Positions 52,548 through 61,522 of a stretch of 64,000 nt of DNA are shown piece by piece. The notes beneath the pieces are model-generated. The model saw nothing but the letters and a program-made list of their open reading frames with translations. It was not told the DNA's origin and did no database searches. A program made the position numbers and the translations under genes. Source of the stretch: an uncultured Bifidobacterium sp. (GTDB lineage Bacteria > Acidobacteriota > Vicinamibacteria > Vicinamibacterales > CAVVIG01); assembly GCA_964577955.1 (NCBI GenBank), contig CAZOAZ010000023.1, forward strand, positions 8,005-72,004, in the 5' to 3' direction. Position 1 is the stretch's first letter. Every line of letters starts with the position of its first letter.

Positions 52548-54399
52548 GCGGAGTGGTCGCGGTTCGCAGTTCAAGGCCGACCAGATCGCCGTCGGTGAAG
52601 CGCGTGATGTAGGCGTCGCTGCTCAGGAACTCGAGCAGCGGCCGCTCCAGCCGCGACTGGAATTCGAGCGTCAGGTTGAAGACCGTCGAACCGGGCAGCG
52701 GCGCACCCGTGACCGCGAACGGCCACGCCGTCGGCAGCAGCTTCGGCGGCTCGGGACTGAGATCGGCGCGACGCGACAGGACGACCGCCTGGCTGTCGCG
52801 AAGTTGACGAATGACGTGCTGAATGTCCTCGGGCGTGAACGCCGCCGTCAGCGACGGCTGGTACATGAACGGCTTCAACTGAAACTGCAGATAGATCGGC
52901 AGCCGGTAGTACTCGAGCAGATGCATGTAGTAGAGGCGATCCCGGCCGAAGTGCTCCACGGCCCTGGCGATTCCAGCTTGAATCGTCTGCTTGCTCGGCG
53001 CTGGCGCGGCTGACGCCGTGGGCTCGTCCTGCGCCGCCAGCCGTTTCAGCAACGACGGAACAAACAACATCGCGTCGTAGAACTGCAACGGCAGGGCGAG
53101 GCCGACGAGAAGCACCGCGGCCAGCGCGTTTCGCCGGACCGCAGGCGCCATCCGCTCTCCGGCCCAGGCGATGGTGGCCAGCAGGACGGGCAGCCCGCTG
53201 TAGACGATGTGAACGACGTCCGCCTTGCCGAAACTCGCCCGCTGCATCAGCAGCGCCATGACGAAGTAGGCGGCCAGAAGCGGACGCCGCTCGCGGAACC
53301 CGGGCTGCTGCCACGCCGACCAGAACCAGGCCACCATCAGCACGGTCAGCCCGAGCAGCGTGATCATCGGCACGCTGGGATCGATCTGCGTGTTCCAGCC
53401 GCCGGCGGCGAACGTCACGACGGGCGCCAGGTAGGCGATCGCCGGCCGCCAGCTGCCATCGATCAAAAACAGCAGTCCGGCGGCGACGACGAGCGCCACG
53501 GCTGTGAGCGAGAAGCCGAGCCCCAGCGTCCGTGTCCGCTCGCGGGAATCGCCGAGCAACAGCGTCAGCGTCCACATCACGCCGAGTCCGGCGCTGCTGA
53601 CAATCGCCATGTCCGGTGAACACAGCAGCGTCACCGTCAGCAGCAGTACGACGCTCGCCTTCGCGCCCGGTGTCGGTTCGGCCGTGCAGCGCCACGCCGC
53701 GACGAGCGTCGTCAACGGCAGCATGAAGCGCAGCCAGGTGTAGTTGAGCCCGAGATACGGATTGAAGAAGCCGATCGCGAGACCGGCAAACCACAGCGTG
53801 GCGCGACGGCGGTCGCCGAGGAGCGCGGCGAGCACGATCCACAGCAAATACAGGCCGGCGAGATACTGGAGCCCGAAGGCCAACGCGTAGCCTGGAAGCA
53901 GACCGAAGGCGCGGCCAAGCCAGACGGTTGGATAGAGCAGCAGCGGACCGTAGAAGAACGTGAAGTCGATGAAGGGCACCGCGCCCGCGATCGCGCGGTA
54001 GGCGGTGTCCTCGAAGTACAGCGCTTCGGCGAGGAGGAATCCCCCTTGCCGCCGGTACATCCACGCAAACAGCGCGACGTGTCCAGCGAGGACCAGGATG
54101 ACAGCGGCAGACGGCAGGAGAAACAGTCGGCCGCCCGCTTCGGGTCCGGGCCATGTCGGTCTCGGGATCACTCGCGCCACCAGCGACGCGCTGACGATCA
54201 GCGTGACCGCGTACAGCACGTACGCGACCGTGTTGTTGAACCCGGCGAGCGCCGAGGCGCTCAGAAGATGCTGCGACGGCGGAAACAGGTACGGCAGCGC
54301 GAACACCGACACCGCCATCGCACCGAGCGACACGGCAACCAGCGCGAGCTGCGATGTTGACGCAGCCGAGCGGGACGGAAGGGAATCCACAGCCAGCAC
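52534..54399 (-). CDS. Large polytopic membrane protein with C-terminal soluble domain (unknown; polymerase/GT-C-like candidate)
   Basis: ~621 aa if started at the GTG at 54399, 1 nt below the FabH-like stop. More than 10 hydrophobic helices and a ~170-aa C-terminal hydrophilic domain. No family motif recognised. Confidence 0.55.
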   Translation of the reverse strand: MLAVDSLPSRSAASTSQLALVAVSLGAMAVSVFALPYLFPPSQHLLSASALAGFNNTVAYVLYAVTLIVSASLVARVIPRPTWPGPEAGGRLFLLPSAAVILVLAGHVALFAWMYRRQGGFLLAEALYFEDTAYRAIAGAVPFIDFTFFYGPLLLYPTVWLGRAFGLLPGYALAFGLQYLAGLYLLWIVLAALLGDRRRATLWFAGLAIGFFNPYLGLNYTWLRFMLPLTTLVAAWRCTAEPTPGAKASVVLLLTVTLLCSPDMAIVSSAGLGVMWTLTLLLGDSRERTRTLGLGFSLTAVALVVAAGLLFLIDGSWRPAIAYLAPVVTFAAGGWNTQIDPSVPMITLLGLTVLMVAWFWSAWQQPGFRERRPLLAAYFVMALLMQRASFGKADVVHIVYSGLPVLLATIAWAGERMAPAVRRNALAAVLLVGLALPLQFYDAMLFVPSLLKRLAAQDEPTASAAPAPSKQTIQAGIARAVEHFGRDRLYYMHLLEYYRLPIYLQFQLKPFMYQPSLTAAFTPEDIQHVIRQLRDSQAVVLSRRADLSPEPPKLLPTAWPFAVTGAPLPGSTVFNLTLEFQSRLERPLLEFLSSDAYITRFTDGDLVGLELRTATTPHAVQ

Positions 54400-54400
54400 G

Positions 54401-55348
54401 TTAGGTTGCGAGCGCCAGAAGAGCGCCCCAGTGAAGCCCGGCGCCAAATGCCGCGAACACGATCGGCGCGCCCGCAGCGGCGCCGCCGCTCTCGGCCCAT
54501 TCCGCCGCCGCAATCAGCAGCGACGCCGACGACGTGTTGCCGTAGCGTTCGACGTTCGACACGAAGCGGTCGCGCGGTGCGCCGACGACCTTTGCCACTT
54601 GATCCGTGAGGTTGCGGTTGGCCTGATGCAGAAGAAACGCCGCGACGCGGTCCACCGGAATGTCGTGCCGCGCCAGGAGGTCGGTGATCGTCTGCGGGAC
54701 TTTGCGCGCGGCCTGCATGATCACCGTGCGGCCGTCCATCTGCATCGGCCCCTCATGCGGCAGCTGCAGCGCATCGGCAAAGGCGCCGTCCGAGTGGACG
54801 AGGGCATCGACGATGCGAGCCTGACCACCGTGCGTGCTGACGAGACAGGCGCCGGCTCCGTCTCCAAAGAGCACGGCAATCTGCGACGCCGTGCCCGGCC
54901 GGCCAACGACCGCCGACATCTTCTCGGCGCCGACGACCAGGATGTTGGGATACGCACCGGTGAGCCGCGAGGCGAGCACGAGCGCGAAGAGACTGCCGGC
55001 GCTCGCCATCGTGACATCCAAGGCCGGAACCGATCCCAGTTGCAGCGCCTGCGCCACCCGCGCCGCCGGCCCGGGAAACGCGCGGTCAGAGGTCCCACTC
55101 GCGACGATCACAAGATCGACCTTCGGCGTCCCCGCTTTCCGGAGACACGCCGACGCCGCCGCGACCGCCATGTCGATCACCGATTCGTCGTCGGCCGCGT
55201 AGCGGCGGGTTTCGATTCCCGACGTCCGAGCAATCCATTCCGCGTCGGTTCCGGTGGCCGCGGCCATTTCCGTGTTGTCGACGATGCGTGCCGGCAGATA
55301 CGCGCTGCAGGCACCGACGAACGCGGCCGGACCGGCGGTGTGTGTCAC
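54401..55348 (-). CDS. KAS III (FabH)-like enzyme with Ser replacing the active-site Cys (probable acyl-ACP acyltransferase)
   Basis: 315 aa. ALDVTMASAGSLFAL aligns residue for residue with E. coli FabH FDVAAACAGFTYAL, so Cys112 corresponds to Ser116 (AGC codon, complement of 55001-55003). The His (LLHQAN) and Asn (YGNTSSAS) are retained. Confidence 0.8.
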   Translation of the reverse strand: MTHTAGPAAFVGACSAYLPARIVDNTEMAAATGTDAEWIARTSGIETRRYAADDESVIDMAVAAASACLRKAGTPKVDLVIVASGTSDRAFPGPAARVAQALQLGSVPALDVTMASAGSLFALVLASRLTGAYPNILVVGAEKMSAVVGRPGTASQIAVLFGDGAGACLVSTHGGQARIVDALVHSDGAFADALQLPHEGPMQMDGRTVIMQAARKVPQTITDLLARHDIPVDRVAAFLLHQANRNLTDQVAKVVGAPRDRFVSNVERYGNTSSASLLIAAAEWAESGGAAAGAPIVFAAFGAGLHWGALLALAT

Positions 55349-55590
55349 CGGCGATGCTTCTGTACGTAGGCGGCGATCCGTTCGATCGATTCGAACGTCT
55401 GCGCGTCGAGGTCGCGATCCGGAATCTTGATCCCGAACTCGGTCTCGAGTGCCGTCACGAGTTCCGGCAGCCCGAAGGAATCCAGCACGCCGGCGTCGAA
55501 GAGCGACCGATGGGCGTCGAGCGTGAGCGGCGTCTGGGTGCGGCCGACATCCTTCAGAATGGTGCGGACACGGGTGTCGAGATCGTCCAT
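55345..55590 (-). CDS. Acyl carrier protein
   Basis: 81 aa from the ATG at 55590, with GAGGAG 3 nt upstream. The phosphopantetheine-site motif is GVLDSFGLPELV. Confidence 0.8.
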   Translation of the reverse strand: MDDLDTRVRTILKDVGRTQTPLTLDAHRSLFDAGVLDSFGLPELVTALETEFGIKIPDRDLDAQTFESIERIAAYVQKHRR

Positions 55591-55600
55591 GAGCTCCTCG

Positions 55601-56362
55601 TCAGGCGCGCGAATGATCCGGGACCCCGATGGCAAAGACTTCGGTCCCGACAAACGGGAGGTTGAACCGGTACGCGAAATCGGCGATGTCCATCACCATC
55701 CGCTTGGCCGGCGTGTATTCGCCGAGGCCGACTTTGTCCATCGCCGACCGCGGCATGCGGCGCATCAGTTGACGGTAGAACAGCGAGTGCACCGGCCAGC
55801 CGCACGTGAACGCACGAATCACCTTGTAGCCGGCGCGCTGCATTTTTTCGGTCAGGTCGGCCTTGGTGTAGTGGCGGTAATGGCCGTTGGCGCGGCCGTT
55901 GTCGTCGAACTTGCCGCCGGGCACACTGATGAGCGTGTAGCGCTTGCACATCTCGCGCATCTTCCGCAGCGCGAGCACGTCGTCGCTCAAGTGCTCGAGG
56001 ACCTGGATCGAGATCACCAGGTCGTACGACAGACCGGCGACATCGTCTTTCAGGATGTCGAGGTTGAAGATGTCGCTCTTCGGCAGCTGTTCGCGGCAAT
56101 AGCGAAGCGCGGTTTCGCTGAACTCGCTGCCGGCGAGCTGCGCGTGCGGATAGCGCTCGGCCAGCATCTTCAACATCGTGCCTTCGCCGCACCCCATGTC
56201 GAGCACGGAGTCGAACTGCAGCCGCTTCAGTTCCTTGAGCACCATCCGGCGCAGATAGCGCGGCGCCGGCGCGTAGCGCTCCATGTCGCGCCACTGAAAC
56301 CAGATGTCGTCGTAGAACGCCTTGTGGTTGTCGGCGGTGTTCTCGGCGGTGTTGTCAGTCAT
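55601..56362 (-). CDS. Class I SAM-dependent methyltransferase
   Basis: VLDMGCGEGTML and YDLVISIQVLEHLSDD. Confidence 0.8.
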   Translation of the reverse strand: MTDNTAENTADNHKAFYDDIWFQWRDMERYAPAPRYLRRMVLKELKRLQFDSVLDMGCGEGTMLKMLAERYPHAQLAGSEFSETALRYCREQLPKSDIFNLDILKDDVAGLSYDLVISIQVLEHLSDDVLALRKMREMCKRYTLISVPGGKFDDNGRANGHYRHYTKADLTEKMQRAGYKVIRAFTCGWPVHSLFYRQLMRRMPRSAMDKVGLGEYTPAKRMVMDIADFAYRFNLPFVGTEVFAIGVPDHSRA

Positions 56363-57296
56363 GCATCGCCTTATGCGAAACGCGGGCGCTGGGCGACGGG
56401 CTCACCTGCGACCGCGACCAATCGATGACAAACAGCGGACGCTGCACCACGTTCTTGTAGGTGCGCGCCAGATAGAGACTCATGAGCGGCATCGTGATCA
56501 CGAGGAAGTAGAGCGCCGTGACCGCCGCGGCCACGGCGACGCCGCTCGCGCTCAGCCCGAGCAGGAGCACGATCACCGGAAACAGCACGCCAACCGCCGC
56601 CGCGAGGTAGAGCACGAGACGCAGCGGAAACGTCGACCCGGAGAGGATGCTGGCGACCGCGAACACCGTCATCCGCCACAGGTTGTAGTGGGTCTCTCCG
56701 TAAGTGCGTCGGGCGCGCTGATACGGAATGCCGACGCGCACGAAACCGACGTAGCCGAGTTCGGCGCGCAGCGAAATGAACGTCGTTCGCGAAGCGAGGA
56801 TCGCTTCGCGGACCTGATGGGTGAACATCGAGAACTCGCCCATCCACATGACGATCTCGCTGTCAGCGACGCCGCGGTTGGCGAGATAGAACAGCTTGCG
56901 GCCAAAGGTGACGAGCGCCGGCTCGTCGCGCTGCGAGCGGACACCGTAGGCCACCTGCGCGCCGCCCTGAATCGCCTTGTAGAACTCGAGGAGGAGTTCG
57001 GGCGGATCCTCGCAGTCGACGTCCACCATCGCGTAGTAGTCGCTGTCGGCCGCCGACAGGCCGGCGACGAGCGCCGCATGGTAGCCGAAATTTTTCGAGA
57101 GCGTGACGACATTCACCCGAGGATCGCGAGCCCGAAGCTCGAGAATCTTCTCGAGCGTGCCGTCCTCGCTGCAGTTGTTGACGAAGATGATGTGCCAGTC
57201 GAGATCGGTGGTCTCGAGCGCCTTCCGGGCGCGCTCGTAGAAGAACGGCACGTTCAGCAGCTCGTTGCGCGACGGCACGATGACGTTGAGTCTCAC
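56355..57296 (-). CDS. Polyprenyl-phosphate glycosyltransferase (GT2, ArnC/GtrB/DPM1-like) with two C-terminal TM helices
   Basis: The start is assigned to the GTG at 57296 (GTGA overlap with the upstream stop). Motifs LNVIVPSRNE..IIFVNNCSEDGT..MVDVDCEDPPELL, with C-terminal helices VFAVASILSGSTFPLRLVLYLAAAV and VAVAAAVTALYFLVITMPLM. Confidence 0.8.
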   Translation of the reverse strand: MRLNVIVPSRNELLNVPFFYERARKALETTDLDWHIIFVNNCSEDGTLEKILELRARDPRVNVVTLSKNFGYHAALVAGLSAADSDYYAMVDVDCEDPPELLLEFYKAIQGGAQVAYGVRSQRDEPALVTFGRKLFYLANRGVADSEIVMWMGEFSMFTHQVREAILASRTTFISLRAELGYVGFVRVGIPYQRARRTYGETHYNLWRMTVFAVASILSGSTFPLRLVLYLAAAVGVLFPVIVLLLGLSASGVAVAAAVTALYFLVITMPLMSLYLARTYKNVVQRPLFVIDWSRSQVSPSPSARVSHKAMHD

Positions 57297-58318
57297 GCTT
57301 GAACCGTCTTTCTCTGGAGCGACGACGACAGGCGGCGGGCACGGGCCCGGCGGACGCGGGCAAACGCCGCCAGGACATGCTGTCCGATGGGGTTGGTGCA
57401 CAGCGCCGCGAGCGCCGTATAGGCCGGCGACAGTCCGATGTCGCGCAGCTGCCGCAGCACGTCGCGATAGCCGTTGGCGAGGGCGAAGTCGCCGTGCGAG
57501 ACCGCGGCCAGTTCGGCGACGAGAAAGCGCCGGCCCTGGGTGCGCGCCGCCCGGCGCTTGAGCGCGGTCTCGTCGTCGACCAGACCCGGCCGCGCCGATC
57601 GGGCCAGCGCCAGCCCGCGATCGAGAATCGTCCGGAATTCCTGGTGCCAGCGCGCCGGATTGAGCCACGAGGTGACGGTGATGGGGTGGACGCGCATCTC
57701 GACCAGCGGATCCGCGACGTAGGCCACGTCACCGCGCAGCGCCAGGCGCACCCACATCATGTAGTCGGCGCACAGCAGATCGGTGTCGAAGCCGCCGGTT
57801 TCGAGGTACGCCGTCCGCCGCGCCATCACCGACGAGCAGCAGACGTTGTGGTTCTCCAGATAGCGCAGGAACTCCTGGTTGCCGGGAATCACCCGCGAGT
57901 CCGGATAGGCGCGAACGACGCGCTGCGACGCACCGTTGGCGTCGACTTCGTACGCCGCGCAGTGCACCATGCTCGCCGACGGATGGGCGTCCAGCATGCC
58001 GCTCAAACGCTCCAGGAACGTCGGGGCGTAGAGATCGTCGTCGTGCACAATGCAGACGTAGTCGCCCCGCGCCATCTGGAGCAGCAGGTTCATGTTCGGG
58101 AACGGACCGATGTTGGTCTCATTGCGGTGCGAGCGGAGCCGCCCGTCGCTGAATCCGGACATCACCGCCGGCGTCGCGTCGGTCGAGCAGTTGTCCGAGA
58201 CGATGACCTCGTAGTCCGTGAAGGTCTGCGCGAAGATCGACTCGAGGAACGGCTTCAGCATGCCCGACCGGTTGTAGGTCGGCACGCAGACCGAGATTTT
58301 CGGCACCCGCGCGGTCAT
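57293..58318 (-). CDS. Glycosyltransferase family 2
   Basis: ISVCVPTYNRSGMLKPFLESIFAQTFTDYEVIVSDNCSTDAT and VHDDDLY. Confidence 0.88.
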   Translation of the reverse strand: MTARVPKISVCVPTYNRSGMLKPFLESIFAQTFTDYEVIVSDNCSTDATPAVMSGFSDGRLRSHRNETNIGPFPNMNLLLQMARGDYVCIVHDDDLYAPTFLERLSGMLDAHPSASMVHCAAYEVDANGASQRVVRAYPDSRVIPGNQEFLRYLENHNVCCSSVMARRTAYLETGGFDTDLLCADYMMWVRLALRGDVAYVADPLVEMRVHPITVTSWLNPARWHQEFRTILDRGLALARSARPGLVDDETALKRRAARTQGRRFLVAELAAVSHGDFALANGYRDVLRQLRDIGLSPAYTALAALCTNPIGQHVLAAFARVRRARARRLSSSLQRKTVQA

Positions 58319-58330
58319 GCCACCCTCATG

Positions 58331-59263
58331 TCAGGCGCGCGCCTCCCGCGCCTGCCACCACGACACGGTGTCGGCGAGTCCGTGGTTCAGATCGAAGCGC
58401 GGCCTCCAGCCGATCGACGACAGTCGGGCCGCGTCACCGAGAATGTGCATCGGCTCGCCGTCGCGGTATTTCAGGGCGCCGAGCCGCAGCAAATCCGGGC
58501 GGCCGACGACCCGCGCCAGCTGCCGGGCCACGTCCGCGATCGTCACCGGGACGCCCGATGCGATGTTCACCGCGCCGGTCAGTTCGCTCTGGGCCACGGC
58601 CCAGATCGCGCCGGCGACGTCGGCGACGTGCAGGTAGTCGCGCACCTGCTCGCCCGGTGTGACGTTGGCCACTTCCCCGCTGAGGAGCGCATGCGTGATC
58701 GAGGGGACGAGGCGACGCGAGTCCTCGTAGGGCCCGTACGAGTAGAAGACCCGGGCGGTCACGACGCTGACGCCGGTCAGCGCCGAGAAATGTCCGGCGA
58801 CCTCGAAGAGCGACTTCTTGCACGTTCCGTAGAGGTCGTGCGGCGTGAGCGGCGTGTCTTCGCGGAGCACGCGCGCCGACGGCTCGTACTCGAAACAGGT
58901 GCCGATGCCGACAAACCGCGGGCAGCCGAGGCTCGGCATCAGCCGCAGCAGTTCGACGCTCATCCCGAGTGAGGTCAGATTCGCGTCGGCCTCGGCCTTG
59001 CCCGACCAGCCCTTCCAGGCGAGATGAATGCAGATCTCCGGGCGCGCCTCGCGCAGCCGATCGACCAGCGGGCTGAGGTTGGCGAGATCACCGTACACGA
59101 TTTGCAGGCGCGAGCGGACGTCGTCCAGGCGCCACAGGTTCGACCCGTCGCGCAGGATCAGCGTCACGTCGTGCCCCTGCGACACCAGCAGCCGGGCCAC
59201 ATGCGACCCGATGAAGCCGGCGGCCCCGGTCACCAGAACGCGTCGCGGCGAGCCGTGGCTCAC
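58331..59263 (-). CDS. NAD(P)-dependent sugar-nucleotide epimerase/reductase (SDR)
   Basis: RVLVTGAAGFIGSHV and YGTCK (YxxxK). The start is ambiguous: the GTG at 59263 (GTGA overlap with the rfbF stop) is preferred over the GTG at 59278. Confidence 0.75.
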   Translation of the reverse strand: MSHGSPRRVLVTGAAGFIGSHVARLLVSQGHDVTLILRDGSNLWRLDDVRSRLQIVYGDLANLSPLVDRLREARPEICIHLAWKGWSGKAEADANLTSLGMSVELLRLMPSLGCPRFVGIGTCFEYEPSARVLREDTPLTPHDLYGTCKKSLFEVAGHFSALTGVSVVTARVFYSYGPYEDSRRLVPSITHALLSGEVANVTPGEQVRDYLHVADVAGAIWAVAQSELTGAVNIASGVPVTIADVARQLARVVGRPDLLRLGALKYRDGEPMHILGDAARLSSIGWRPRFDLNHGLADTVSWWQAREARA

Positions 59264-60039
59264 GACCACACCTTCCACGGCGCCTTGCCCGACTCCCAGA
59301 GTTCGTTCAGGTACTTGAACTCACGATACGTGTCCATGGCGAAGAAGAAGCCGCTGTGCCGGTAGGCGATCAGCTGTCCGTCGCGCGCCAGCTTCTGGAG
59401 CGGCTCCTGCTCGAGCACGCAGGACGGATCGACCTTGAGGTAATCGAAGACGCCGCGGTTGAACACGAAGTAGCCGATGTTGACCCAGCCGTCGATCTGC
59501 GGCTTCTCGCTGAACGACGCGACGGTGCCCGACGAATCGACTTCGAGGACGCCGAACCGTGAGATCGGCCGATGGGTGGTGACCGTCGCCAGCCGTCCGT
59601 GCTGACGATGAAACGCCAGCAAGGCGCGCACGTCCACGTCGCTCAACCCATCCCCGTAGGTCACCATGAACGTGTCGTCTTCGATGTATTTCTGGACGCG
59701 CTTGAGGCGGCTGCCGGTCATCGAGTCGAGGCCGGTGTCGGCGAGCGTGACCGTGAAGCCGTCCTCGTCGTGACCGCCCAGATACTTGATCGTGGGTTTG
59801 GCGCCGAGCGCGACGGTGAAATCGTTGTTCATCGCCTCGTAGTTCAGGAAGTGCTCCTTGATCATCTGCCCCTTGTAGCCCAGGCAGAGGACGAACTGGT
59901 TCACGCCATGATGCGCGTAGAGCTTCATGATGTGCAGCAGGATCGGCCGGCCGCCGACATCCACGAGCGGCTTCGGCCGGAACTCGGTTTCCTCTCGCAG
60001 CCGCGTGCCCTGTCCGCCGCACAGAATCACAACCTTCAC
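59260..60039 (-). CDS. rfbF: Glucose-1-phosphate cytidylyltransferase
   Basis: MKVVILCGGQGTRLREETEFRPKPLVDVGGRPILLHIM. The GTG start is preceded by AAGGAGA (complement of 60046-60052) with a 6-nt spacer. Confidence 0.88.
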   Translation of the reverse strand: MKVVILCGGQGTRLREETEFRPKPLVDVGGRPILLHIMKLYAHHGVNQFVLCLGYKGQMIKEHFLNYEAMNNDFTVALGAKPTIKYLGGHDEDGFTVTLADTGLDSMTGSRLKRVQKYIEDDTFMVTYGDGLSDVDVRALLAFHRQHGRLATVTTHRPISRFGVLEVDSSGTVASFSEKPQIDGWVNIGYFVFNRGVFDYLKVDPSCVLEQEPLQKLARDGQLIAYRHSGFFFAMDTYREFKYLNELWESGKAPWKVWS

Positions 60040-60069
60040 GGAGCGTCTCCTTGTCTCGTCGCCTCTGCG

Positions 60070-61521
60070 CTAGCGCGGTCTCGCCAGCGCCAATCCGCGA
60101 ATGAACGCGGCATCGTCGCCGCGGAAGAGCCTGAACCGTCGCGCCAGCGCGTAGATGCTGACGACCGCGACCGGCACGGCGTAGAGATAGAACGCCGGGC
60201 CTTGAATCAGCAGAAAGCCGGTGCTCAAGAGCGCAACCGGCGACGCCAGCCACGCCAGCTCGAGCACCCGCCCGCTGAGACGCGTCTGCACGAAGGCCAG
60301 CACCAGCACCGCCGACACGCCGTAGGCGGCGACGGTCGCGAAGGCTGCGCCCTGAATTCCGTACGACGGCACGAGGAGCAGATCCATCACGACGTTGACG
60401 CCGCCCGACGCGAGGCAGATCCCCGACAGGATCCAGGTCGACCCGAGCGCGCTCACGAGCGGTGAGAAGGCGTTGAAGAACGCCAGCGAGCAGGCCGCCA
60501 GCATCAGAATCGCCAGCACCACCACCGAGCCTTCGAACGACGGACCGAAGACGAACGGCACGATCCAGGGCGCGCCGAGAATGACGCCGCTGAAAAGCAC
60601 CGATGTCGCGAGGAAGTAGTACGGGAGCACGCGTTCAGCCAGCGTGCGAATCCGATCGAGTTCGCCGCGCGCCACCATCACCGACAGCTGCGGCAGCAGC
60701 AAGGTCGAGAAGATGATGGTCACCTGCTGCGCGACGCCGGCCAGCACCGTTCCCAGCGAGTACAGTCCCACTTCCGACACCGGCCGGTACTGCTTGATGA
60801 CGATGAAGTCGAACCAGTTGGTGCCGAGCAGACCGGCCCAGCTCGAAAGCACGAGCGGCAGCGAGAACGCCATCATCTGGCGATAGCCGGCGCGCGAGAA
60901 GGTCATCGGCCAGAGCGCTGCGGGACCGATCAGGAAGAGCGCGATCACGACCACGGTGCTCGAACTGAGCGCGTAGAGCACGAGGACCGCAAGCGGCGTG
61001 ACCGGCGACGCAATCGCCAGAAGGACCAGCATGAAGGCCTTGTCGAAGAAGAGCGTCGCGCCGTAGCGCGCCATCTCGTTGCGCGCCTGCAAGACCGCAC
61101 CGACCGACGCCAGCGAGAAGGTCGCCGTCAGGTGCAGCAGCACCAGCCAGATACCGGACGCCGGGATGGAGAAATACGCGGCCAGCGGCTCGCGGCCGAT
61201 CACGAGCACGACCGCGGCGGTCGCCAGCCAGGGTGCGACGAGCCAGAGCCGCGTCCAGAATGTCGTCGCCACCGAACCGGTCGCGGCGAATTCCTGCGCG
61301 CCGAAGCGCACCGCGCCGGTCTGCGTCCAGTTGGCCGCCAGGAGCAGCACGACCTGCGAGATCATCAACAGCAGCGCGAGCCGGCCGAACGCCTCCGCGC
61401 CCAACCGCCTGGTGAGGAGCGCGTTGATCAGGAGCGACACGATCATCGCGCCATAGTTGCCGGCGCCAAGCGCGATGAAGTTGCGCAGCAGCTGGCCGAT
61501 CTTCTGTGACCCGTCGCTCAT
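60070..61521 (-). CDS. MOP-superfamily polysaccharide flippase (Wzx-like)
   Basis: 483 aa, about 12-14 TM helices. The opening LLRNFIALGAGNYGAMIVSLLINALLTRRLGAEAFG is typical of the polysaccharide biosynthesis protein family. Confidence 0.75.
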   Translation of the reverse strand: MSDGSQKIGQLLRNFIALGAGNYGAMIVSLLINALLTRRLGAEAFGRLALLLMISQVVLLLAANWTQTGAVRFGAQEFAATGSVATTFWTRLWLVAPWLATAAVVLVIGREPLAAYFSIPASGIWLVLLHLTATFSLASVGAVLQARNEMARYGATLFFDKAFMLVLLAIASPVTPLAVLVLYALSSSTVVVIALFLIGPAALWPMTFSRAGYRQMMAFSLPLVLSSWAGLLGTNWFDFIVIKQYRPVSEVGLYSLGTVLAGVAQQVTIIFSTLLLPQLSVMVARGELDRIRTLAERVLPYYFLATSVLFSGVILGAPWIVPFVFGPSFEGSVVVLAILMLAACSLAFFNAFSPLVSALGSTWILSGICLASGGVNVVMDLLLVPSYGIQGAAFATVAAYGVSAVLVLAFVQTRLSGRVLELAWLASPVALLSTGFLLIQGPAFYLYAVPVAVVSIYALARRFRLFRGDDAAFIRGLALARPR

Positions 61522-61522
61522 G

